From Candidatus Eiseniibacteriota bacterium (GTDB taxonomy: Bacteria; Eisenbacteria; RBG-16-71-46), in the NCBI GenBank assembly GCA_963717935.1, contig CAVQXP010000004.1:160001-224000 (forward strand): a stretch of 64,000 nt of DNA. Direction: 5' to 3'. Within the stretch, counting starts at the first letter, position 1; the number at the start of each line of letters is the position of its first letter. This document shows positions 56,402 to 64,000 of the stretch, in pieces. The position numbers and the translations under genes are program-made. The notes beneath the pieces were generated by a model. It was not told the origin of the DNA, did not search any database, and was given only the letters and a program-made list of their open reading frames with translations.

Positions 56402-57561
56402 CGCTGGTCTCCGGGATCACGGGTGGATGGGGCAGCCGGTGCCTCTCCGGGCGGGCGGGTGCTCTCTGCGGTATGCACGGGCAGGCGGACGATGAACGTC
56501 GTCCCCTTGCCGATCTGGCTCTCGACCGAGATGGTGCCGTGGTGGGATTCGATGATCCGGCGCGTGAGCGCCAGCCCCAGACCGCACCCCGCCTCGGCGT
56601 CGGGGCCGACCTTGCCACGGTAGAACGCGTCGAAGACGAAGGGCACGTCCTCCGCCGCGATGCCGACACCGGTGTCGGCGACCGAGACCACGACCTGGTC
56701 GGCCTCCACCCCGGCGCCCACGGCGACCCTGCCCCCCGCGTGCGTGTACTTGACGGCATTGCCGATCAGGTTGACCAGCGCCTCGGTCAGGATCGTCTCG
56801 TCCCCGAGCACCTGCGGCAGCGAACCCGGCGTCGAATCCGTGATCGCGATGTCCTTGCGCGTCGCGTGCGGCTGCACGCTCTCGATCGCCCTGGCGATCG
56901 CGGCCTGGACCGAAACGGACACGAAGTCGTCGCCGATCTTCCCATCGGGGACCGACACGGCCCTCAGCCAGCTCTGGATCATCTTGAGCAGGTCGGCGAT
57001 CCGGACCTTGAGGCGTTCGAGACGGCCCTTCTGCGACTCGTTGAGCTGGGGCTCCAGCTCGGCCGTGAGCACGAACAGGTTCTGCTGGACCGCGCTCAGG
57101 GGCGAGCGCAGCTCGTGGGAGATGATCGCCGCGAAGTTCTGCTGCAGCATCTCCTTCTCCCGGCGCAGCGTGATGGCCTCCAGCACGAGCCGCCGGCGCT
57201 CGATTCCGCGCTGGACGATCAGGCGCAATTCGTCGGGCGTGAAAGGCTTGGGCAGGAAGTCGAACGCCCCCCTCTTCATCGCCTCGACCGCGGACTCCAC
57301 CGTCGAGAATCCGGTGATGACGATGGTCACGATCGTCGGGTCGACGCCGCGCAGCCCCTCCAGCACCTCGAACCCGGAGATGCCCGGCATCATCAGGTCC
57401 ACCAGGACCAGGTCCGGCGCGAACCCCTCCGCCATCTTCAGGCCCTCGGTCCCGTCCGGGGCCGTGGCGATCTCGTAGCCCCCGCCCTCCAGCACCGCGA
57501 GGCAGGAATCGAGGACGATCTCCTCGTCGTCGATGATCAGGATCTTGCTGGGCTTCTCCAC
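56398..57561 (-). CDS. Hybrid receiver-histidine kinase
   Basis: IIDDE..VDLMMP..PKP, then SHELRSPL, NAVKY, DTGVG, GLGL. Confidence 0.9.
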   Translation of the reverse strand: MEKPSKILIIDDEEIVLDSCLAVLEGGGYEIATAPDGTEGLKMAEGFAPDLVLVDLMMPGISGFEVLEGLRGVDPTIVTIVITGFSTVESAVEAMKRGAFDFLPKPFTPDELRLIVQRGIERRRLVLEAITLRREKEMLQQNFAAIISHELRSPLSAVQQNLFVLTAELEPQLNESQKGRLERLKVRIADLLKMIQSWLRAVSVPDGKIGDDFVSVSVQAAIARAIESVQPHATRKDIAITDSTPGSLPQVLGDETILTEALVNLIGNAVKYTHAGGRVAVGAGVEADQVVVSVADTGVGIAAEDVPFVFDAFYRGKVGPDAEAGCGLGLALTRRIIESHHGTISVESQIGKGTTFIVRLPVHTAESTRPPGEAPAAPSTRDPGDQR

Positions 57562-57563
57562 GC

Positions 57564-59564
57564 TTACGCCGCCTCCACCAGCGACAACGGCAGGCTCACC
57601 ACGAACGTGGTGCCCTTGCCGACCGTACTCTGGACCGCGATGGTCCCCCGGTGCTCCTTGACGATCCCGTAGCTGATCGCCAGCCCCAGCCCCGTGCCGC
57701 GACGCGCCCCCTTCGTCGTGAAGAAGGGATCGAAGATCCGCTCCAGGTCCGCCTCCTTGATGCCGCAGCCGGTGTCGGCGAACTCGAACTCGAGGAACCG
57801 GCCCGATGCGTCCATCCGGGTCGTCAGCGTCAGACGGCCGTCCGTGGGCGTCGCCTCCGCCGCGTTGATGATCAGGTTCATGAAGACCTGCTGCATCTGC
57901 GACGGATCCATCGGCACCGGGGGCAGGTTCTCGCCGAATCGCTTCACCAGCTCGATGTTGTGGAACAGCGCCTGGTTGGCTACCAGCGAGATGCACTCCT
58001 GCAGCACCGCGTTCACGTTGCACGGACGCTCGTCGGGCTTGCTCTGGCGCGAGAAGTCCAGCAGCCCGCGGACGATCTTGCGGCAGCGATTCGCCTGCGT
58101 GACGATCTTCTGCAGCGACGAGCGCGTGGAGCCCTCGCCCGGGTTCTTTTCCAGCAGCAGCTGCGAGTAGGTCACGATGCCCGTGAGCGGGTTGTTGATC
58201 TCGTGCGCCACGCCGGCGGCGAGCTGCCCGATGATGGCGAGCCGCTCGGACTCCATGACCTTGCGTGCGGTCTGTTCCTTGAGCTGCTCGTCCCGTTTCT
58301 TCAGGGCCGCGGCCATGCCGTTGAAGGTCTCGGCCAGTTCCTGGAACTCGTCGCCCGAACGGATCTCGACACGCTGGTCCAGGTTCCCGCACGCGAGCTG
58401 CTCCGCTCCGGCGACGAGATGTTCCAGCGAGTTGGAGATGCGCCGCGAGAGGTAGTGGGACAGCGTGAGCGCCAGCAGCGAGCCGACCAGCGTGACCGCC
58501 AGGAACACGAACACGGTGCGGCGGCGGACCTCGACGTACTTGCCCTCGAGCAGCCCCACGTACAGCATGCCGATGATGGCGCCACCGTAGTCCCGGATCG
58601 GCTCGTACGCGGTGATGGACCAGTCCCGGACGACGTAGGCACGGTGGATCCAGTGCTGGCCGCCCCGCACGACCCGGTTGTAGACGTTCTCGGCGGCTCG
58701 CGTGCCGACCGCCCGCGAGCCGTCCGCGGTCAGGACGTTGGTCGAGATCCGCAGGTCGTCCTGGAAGATGGTCGCCGTCCCCATGTCGCGCCCGCGGTAC
58801 TGCAGGCCCTGGAACACGGTCTGCTTGATCTTGTCCACCATCTCGTGGTTGCGGTTCAGCAGCACGCCCCCGTAGACGACGCCGACGAAGCGATGGTCGA
58901 AGTCGAACACCGGCGCCGCCGCCTTGAGCATCATGCCGTCGGTCGAGCGCCTTTCGGGGCGCACCCGCGCCTTCTCCGTCGGGATCAACTCGATCGTCGC
59001 CCGCGCGGCCAGCTGCGGCGACTCCCTGGCCAGGTCGGCGGTCGGGACCAGGACGGTCGCGGAGACGGGCACGTGCTGCTGCAGCACCGCGCGCACCAGT
59101 TGGTCCTGGCTCTGGTCGTCACCGAAGAGGACCGGGTTGGTCGTGCGCAGCCGCACGATGCCCGCCGCATCGGTCACGGTCAGGACGTCGAGACGCTCCT
59201 GCTCGCGGATGTCCGCCAGCCGCTGCACCAGCCACTCGCGGCCCTCGGCGGACGCCAGGGAGCGGACGAAGTCCCGGTCCGAGACGAAGCGGACCGCATC
59301 GGTGATCCTCAGCAGGTTGTTCTGGTAGATCTCCCGGGCGGAGTTGAGATCCGTGCGCACCTTCTCCTGGGCCTGTTCCACGAAGCGGTCGCCGATGACC
59401 CACGTGCCCACCAGGCTGAGGATCAGGCTGATCAGGATGATGATCAGCAGGAAGCTCAGCTCCAGCTTGGCGCCGATGCGCAGATGGAACAGCCGCGCCA
59501 GGCCGCCGCCTTCACGCGGTGGCCTGTTGCGCAGGCTGTCCAGGATGGTGGTCAGGATGTTCAC
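57564..59564 (-). CDS. Membrane sensor histidine kinase (Cache-HAMP-HisKA-HATPase)
   Basis: Two TMs, Cache signature ATIFQDDLRISTN..RAVGT..YEPI, HAMP, AHEINNPL, FFTTK..GTGLGL. Confidence 0.92.
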   Translation of the reverse strand: MNILTTILDSLRNRPPREGGGLARLFHLRIGAKLELSFLLIIILISLILSLVGTWVIGDRFVEQAQEKVRTDLNSAREIYQNNLLRITDAVRFVSDRDFVRSLASAEGREWLVQRLADIREQERLDVLTVTDAAGIVRLRTTNPVLFGDDQSQDQLVRAVLQQHVPVSATVLVPTADLARESPQLAARATIELIPTEKARVRPERRSTDGMMLKAAAPVFDFDHRFVGVVYGGVLLNRNHEMVDKIKQTVFQGLQYRGRDMGTATIFQDDLRISTNVLTADGSRAVGTRAAENVYNRVVRGGQHWIHRAYVVRDWSITAYEPIRDYGGAIIGMLYVGLLEGKYVEVRRRTVFVFLAVTLVGSLLALTLSHYLSRRISNSLEHLVAGAEQLACGNLDQRVEIRSGDEFQELAETFNGMAAALKKRDEQLKEQTARKVMESERLAIIGQLAAGVAHEINNPLTGIVTYSQLLLEKNPGEGSTRSSLQKIVTQANRCRKIVRGLLDFSRQSKPDERPCNVNAVLQECISLVANQALFHNIELVKRFGENLPPVPMDPSQMQQVFMNLIINAAEATPTDGRLTLTTRMDASGRFLEFEFADTGCGIKEADLERIFDPFFTTKGARRGTGLGLAISYGIVKEHRGTIAVQSTVGKGTTFVVSLPLSLVEAA

Positions 59565-60532
59565 CCTTGCGTCGGCACCTTTCTGCGGAGCAGCGACTTG
59601 GCCAGCCCGTAGCGATAGAACGTCCCCACCGGGTCGGGGATGCCGGAGAGGACCTGGTCGATGGCGCCCTGCTCCTTGGGCTCGACGTTCGACGCCACCG
59701 AGGAGAGGATCTTGGCGCCCTGGTCCTTCACCCGGGAGGTCGGACCGAAGCAGCCCGTGCAGGGCATGTTGCCCTGGATGCAGACCGCCTCGCAGCCGCC
59801 CCGTGTCGCCGGACCCATGCAGATGACACCCTGCGCCAGGATGCACTTCTCCGGATCGATCACCACCTGGTGCGGCCGCTTGAACTCGGTGAACCCCAGG
59901 TCGGTGGGCTTGCTCGCCTTGCGCGGGCATTCGTCACAGAGCGCGATGTCGGGGGCCAGCACGGTCCCCTTCGGCGGCAGCTTGCCCTCCAGCAGCGCGC
60001 CGACTGCGGCCTTCGTCAGCTTGGGCGTGGGCGGGCAGCCCGGGATGTAGTAGTCCACGTCCACCACCTGGTCGAGCGAGCGGACCACCTCGCGCAGCTG
60101 CGGAAGCCGCAGAGCGTGGCCGGCGTCCGTGGACGAGACCTGCGGGCGCGTCCCCGCCGCGTTCGCCGTCGACGGGCCGTCGTGGTAGGCGAACTTGAGG
60201 ATGTCCTCGAGCTGGAACTGGTTGGCCAGCCCCGGGATGCCACCCGCGGCCGAGCAGGCGCCGTAGGCGATCAGGTACTGGCTCTTGCGCCGCAGCAGGT
60301 GCGCCATCTCCTCCTGCTCGGAGGTGCGGATGGCGCCGTTCAGGAACGTGGCGACGATGGACTTGTCCGGCATCGCCTCGACGTCCTTCTTCTTGAAGTC
60401 CATCGCGCAGGGCCAGAAGATGATGTCCACCGCCTCGACCACGCCGAGGATGTCCTCGGCCAGGTCCACGATGGCCTCTTCGCAGCCGCCGCAGGACGCG
60501 CACCAGTAGAACGCGACTTTCGGCTTGCTCAT
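59561..60532 (-). CDS. mvhG: [NiFe]-hydrogenase small subunit
   Basis: CASCGGC, GAC..GGIP, IPGCPP, CDEC, CMGPATRGGC, CTGC. Confidence 0.9.
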   Translation of the reverse strand: MSKPKVAFYWCASCGGCEEAIVDLAEDILGVVEAVDIIFWPCAMDFKKKDVEAMPDKSIVATFLNGAIRTSEQEEMAHLLRRKSQYLIAYGACSAAGGIPGLANQFQLEDILKFAYHDGPSTANAAGTRPQVSSTDAGHALRLPQLREVVRSLDQVVDVDYYIPGCPPTPKLTKAAVGALLEGKLPPKGTVLAPDIALCDECPRKASKPTDLGFTEFKRPHQVVIDPEKCILAQGVICMGPATRGGCEAVCIQGNMPCTGCFGPTSRVKDQGAKILSSVASNVEPKEQGAIDQVLSGIPDPVGTFYRYGLAKSLLRRKVPTQG

Positions 60533-61020
60533 TTGGCCTCCTGCATTCCGGCGTGGGCGTGGGCCTCCGCCTCGCTCATCACCTCGCGGTCCCACGCCTG
60601 GAACTGCCCGGGCAGGTCGAGCGGACCGAGCGCCTTGACCTTCTCCACCATGTCGTTGACCACCGACTTGACCTTGTCGCCCTCGGCGGCCGAGATCCAC
60701 TCCAGCCGCAGCCGCCCCGGCTCGATGCCCATGTCGCGGAGCATCCGCTGGAGGAGCTCGAACCGGCGCAGCATCTTGTAGTTGCCTTCACCGTAGTGGC
60801 AGTCACCAGGATGGCAGCCGCCGATGAGCACGCCGTCGGCGCCCTTGGCGAAGGCATCCATGATGAACTGCGGGTCCACGCGGCCCGAGCACATCAGCCG
60901 GATGGTCCGGATGTTGGCCGCGTACTTCATGCGCGACACGCCGGCCAGGTCCGCCGCCGTGTAGGTGCACCAGTTGCAGAAGAACGCGACGATCCGCGGC
61001 TCCCAGGGTTTGTCATTCAT
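60529..61020 (-). CDS. mvhD: Hydrogenase iron-sulfur (2Fe-2S) subunit
   Basis: FCNWCTYTAAD, MCSGRV, GCHPGDCHY, EWISAAEG. Confidence 0.94.
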   Translation of the reverse strand: MNDKPWEPRIVAFFCNWCTYTAADLAGVSRMKYAANIRTIRLMCSGRVDPQFIMDAFAKGADGVLIGGCHPGDCHYGEGNYKMLRRFELLQRMLRDMGIEPGRLRLEWISAAEGDKVKSVVNDMVEKVKALGPLDLPGQFQAWDREVMSEAEAHAHAGMQEAK

Positions 61021-62995
61021 TGGCCAGGATCCCTTCGATCTCGCTGTAGATCTCTTCGTCCTCGAACAGGTTCTGGACGATCGAACCGGACGGACAGGAG
61101 GCCACGCAGGTCCCGCAGCCCTTGCAGAGCGCCTCGTTGATGATCGCCTTCTTCGTGCCCTCGACGAACGTGATCGCCGTGTAGGGACAGAGCGGGATGC
61201 AGGACTTGCAGCCCGAGCAGTCCTCCTCGCGGATGTACGCCGTGTTCGGCTCCTGCTCGATGTGCCCCCGGCAGATCAGCGAGTAGGCCTCCGCCGCCGC
61301 CGCGCCCGCCTGGGCCACGGTGTCCGGGATGTCCTTCGGGCCCTGGCAGCAGCCCGCGAGGAACACACCGTCCGTGAAGGTGCTGACCGGGGCCAGCTTG
61401 GGGTGGCGTTCGAGGAAGAAGCCCTCGGTGCCGCAGCTCATGTTGAGCATCCGGCGCACGTCCTGGGCGTCGGCCTGGGGCTCCAGCCCCACCGCGAGCA
61501 CCAGCATGTCCACCGGGAACTTGAGCACGCGGCCGAGCAGCGTGTCCTCCGCCTGCAGGAGCAGCCGGTTGCCCTCGGGATCGCTCGGGTCCGGGAAGAC
61601 GTCCGCCACCTTGCCACGGACCAGGTGCACGCCCTCCCCGGCGATGCGGTTGTAGAACTCCTCCATGCTCTTCCCCGGGGTCCGCATGTCGATGTAGAAG
61701 TTGTAGACCTCGGCGTTCGTGTGCTCCTTGATCAGGTGCGCCAGCTTCAGCGAGTACAGGCAGCAGACCCGCGAGCACCACTTGTTGTTGTTCTCGTCGC
61801 GCGAGCCGATGCAGTGGACGATGCCCACCGTCTTCGGCTTCTTGCCGTTGCGCGTGACGATCTCGCCGCCGGTCGGCCCCGAGGCGTTGACCAGGCGCTC
61901 GACCTCGAGCGCGTTGTAGACGTTCGGGTAGAGGCCGTAGCCGTAGAAGGGCATGCGCTTCGCGTCGAAGATCTTGAACCCGGTCGCCATGATCACCGTG
62001 CCGACCTTGATCTCCTTGATCTCTTCCTTCTGGCCGAAGTCGATGGCCTTGCGGTCACCGCAGGCCGCGACGCAGGGCTCCTTGCACTTGCCGTGGGTCC
62101 AGACCCGGCAGGTGCCCGGATCGATCATGACGATGGGCGGCACCGCCTGCGGGAACGGCATGAAGACGGGCTTGCGCTTGCCGAGGCCCTCGTTGAACTC
62201 GTCCGCGAACCGCGGCTCCCGGTAGACGCACGCCTCGATGCACTCCCCGCAGCCCGTGCACAGGTCCTCGACGATGTAGCGGGGCTTGCGCTTGATCGTG
62301 ACGGTGTAGTTCCCCACGTAGCCTTCCACCTTCACGACCTCGGAATAGGTCCACATGGTGATGTTCGGATGCGAGCCCACGGCGGACATCTTGGGCGTGA
62401 GGATGCAGGCGGCGCAGTCGAGGGTGGGGAACGTCTTGTCGAACTTGGCCATGTGCCCGCCGATCGTGGCTTCACGCTCGACGAGGGTGACCTTCTGGCC
62501 GCCATCGGCCAGTGTCAGCGCGGCGTGGATGCCCGCGATGCCGCCACCCACCACCAGCACGCCGGGATCGATCGGGACCTTCTTGATCTCGAGCGGCTTG
62601 TGGTACGGCACGCGCCGGATCGCGGCGCGCACCAGGGCCAGCGCCTTCCGCGTCGCTTCCGCGCCGTCCGTGTGCACCCAGGCGTTGTGCTCGCGGATGT
62701 TCACCATCTGGAAGAAGAACGGGCTCAGGCCGCCCTTCATGGTCGCGTTGCGGAACGTGCGCTCGTGCAGGAGCGGCGAGCACGCGGCCACGACGATGCG
62801 GTTCAGCTTGTGCTCCTTGATGTCCTGCTGGATCAGCTCCTGGCCCGGATCGGAGCACATGTACTTGTAGTTCCGGGAGACGGCCACCCCGGGCAGCTTG
62901 GCCGCGTACTTGGCCACCGCCTCCACGTCCACCATGGCGGCGATATTGGTGCCGCAGTGACAAACGTAGAACCCGATTCTAACGGGCTCGCTCAT
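61013..62995 (-). CDS. hdrA: Heterodisulfide reductase subunit A
   Basis: CHCGTNI, GGGIAG, DKTFPTLDCAAC, CIGSRD..CSRVCC, GPKDIP, ferredoxin motifs. Confidence 0.95.
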   Translation of the reverse strand: MSEPVRIGFYVCHCGTNIAAMVDVEAVAKYAAKLPGVAVSRNYKYMCSDPGQELIQQDIKEHKLNRIVVAACSPLLHERTFRNATMKGGLSPFFFQMVNIREHNAWVHTDGAEATRKALALVRAAIRRVPYHKPLEIKKVPIDPGVLVVGGGIAGIHAALTLADGGQKVTLVEREATIGGHMAKFDKTFPTLDCAACILTPKMSAVGSHPNITMWTYSEVVKVEGYVGNYTVTIKRKPRYIVEDLCTGCGECIEACVYREPRFADEFNEGLGKRKPVFMPFPQAVPPIVMIDPGTCRVWTHGKCKEPCVAACGDRKAIDFGQKEEIKEIKVGTVIMATGFKIFDAKRMPFYGYGLYPNVYNALEVERLVNASGPTGGEIVTRNGKKPKTVGIVHCIGSRDENNNKWCSRVCCLYSLKLAHLIKEHTNAEVYNFYIDMRTPGKSMEEFYNRIAGEGVHLVRGKVADVFPDPSDPEGNRLLLQAEDTLLGRVLKFPVDMLVLAVGLEPQADAQDVRRMLNMSCGTEGFFLERHPKLAPVSTFTDGVFLAGCCQGPKDIPDTVAQAGAAAAEAYSLICRGHIEQEPNTAYIREEDCSGCKSCIPLCPYTAITFVEGTKKAIINEALCKGCGTCVASCPSGSIVQNLFEDEEIYSEIEGILANE

Positions 62996-62998
62996 CGG

Positions 62999-64000
62999 TC
63001 AACCCTCCAGTGACTCGGCCAGCAGTTCGACCACGTCCCGGACCACCAGCTGTTTGTCGTGGCCGAGCGTCTTCACGGCGTCTTCGAAACGGAACAGTTC
63101 CAGCGGACACGAGACGGCCAGCACCTCCGCGCCGGCGGCGACGGCCTCCTTCACCCGCCGCTCGGACAGCCGGTCCATCTCCTTCGACTTGTAGTAGGTG
63201 TCCAACCACATCCCTCCACCGCCACCCCCGCAGCACAGCGAGTTGGCCCGGTTGTGGACCATCTCGACCAGCGTCACGCCGGGGATGGCGCCGAGCAGCT
63301 CGCGCGGCTCGTCGTAGCAACCCATGCCCCGCCCGAGACAGCAATTGTCGTGGTAGGCGACCTTCCGCTCGAGCTTCCCCGTGAGCCGGGGCTTCAGCTG
63401 CTCGAGACGCTGCGCCAGGAACAGCGTCGTGTGTTCGACCTGCCAGCCCATCTCGGCAAGCGGATAGCGGCTGCGGAAGGCGTTGAAGGCATGCGGATCA
63501 CCGGTGACGATGCGGTTGAACTTGTGCTTCTTCAGGGTCTTGACGTTGGCCTCGGCCAGCGTCTCGAACAGGCCGGGCTCCCAGGTCAGACGTCCGCACT
63601 CGCCGGCGCACTTCTCCTCGTGACCGAGGATGGCGAAGTCCACGCCCAGCGCGTGGAACAGCTTCGCCGTGGCGCGGCTGTTCGCCTGGCCCCGGGGATA
63701 GAACGAGGTGTAGCACTCCACGAACCAGAGCACGTCCACCGGGCCCGGCTTCTCCGCCAGACTGCGCACCGGCACGCCCGCGGTGGCCGCCCAGGCGGCC
63801 CGCTTGCGCGGCGACTCCCCCATCGGGTTGCCGTACCGCGCCATGTTCTCGAGCGACTTCTGCAGCTCGCCCGGCATCTCCTTCAGGTTCGCCAGCGTCT
63901 GCTCCTTGACCAGCGGCAGCAGGACTTCCGTGAGCCGGATGTCGCGCGGGCACTTGCTCATGCACGCAAAGCACGATACGCAGCGCAGCAGGCTGCCGGA
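62999..64000 (-). CDS. HdrD/GlpC-like Fe-S oxidoreductase with CCG domains (5' end beyond window)
   Basis: CVSCFACMSKCP, EKCAGE, YHDNCCLGR, CCGGGGG, SCP. Confidence 0.88.
   Translation of the reverse strand, partial: SGSLLRCVSCFACMSKCPRDIRLTEVLLPLVKEQTLANLKEMPGELQKSLENMARYGNPMGESPRKRAAWAATAGVPVRSLAEKPGPVDVLWFVECYTSFYPRGQANSRATAKLFHALGVDFAILGHEEKCAGECGRLTWEPGLFETLAEANVKTLKKHKFNRIVTGDPHAFNAFRSRYPLAEMGWQVEHTTLFLAQRLEQLKPRLTGKLERKVAYHDNCCLGRGMGCYDEPRELLGAIPGVTLVEMVHNRANSLCCGGGGGGMWLDTYYKSKEMDRLSERRVKEAVAAGAEVLAVSCPLELFRFEDAVKTLGHDKQLVVRDVVELLAESLEG

Noticed and set aside
52924..62995. Selenocysteine in MvhA, MvhD or HdrA
   Set aside because: Frames are open and the relevant motifs contain Cys

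Overview
A very GC-rich bacterial chromosome segment. Many genes carry single-base frameshifts that look like uncorrected long-read errors. Left to right: a site-2 protease/CBS gene; a TPR gene; a three-gene xanthine dehydrogenase-family molybdoenzyme; a signalling block (PAS-GGDEF-EAL, CheB-CheR fusion, a degenerate sigma54-activator fragment, small ORFs, a candidate sigma54 promoter, and a 1667-aa Ser/Thr kinase-NTPase-TPR-GAF-sigma54 activator fusion); oppABC; an atypical NarL-type regulator; an FAD oxidoreductase; a CPBP protease; tag; glutamine synthetase III; a DPP-III-like lipoprotein; an ankyrin/metallo-beta-lactamase fusion; a rhomboid; a Spy/CpxP/ZraP-like protein with a sigma54 promoter; a TPP riboswitch ahead of a sodium:solute symporter and TonB-dependent receptor; DinB; a TetR-TolC-MFP-RND efflux operon; mutY; moaA; murB; a SelW/Rdx selenoprotein (CxxU, in-frame UGA plus SECIS-like hairpin) absent from the ORF track; and an HdrABC-MvhADG [NiFe]-hydrogenase operon with three two-component genes embedded in it. 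Intergenic regions hold at least two families of palindromic REP/MITE-like elements. No rRNA, tRNA, CRISPR array or transposase was seen.
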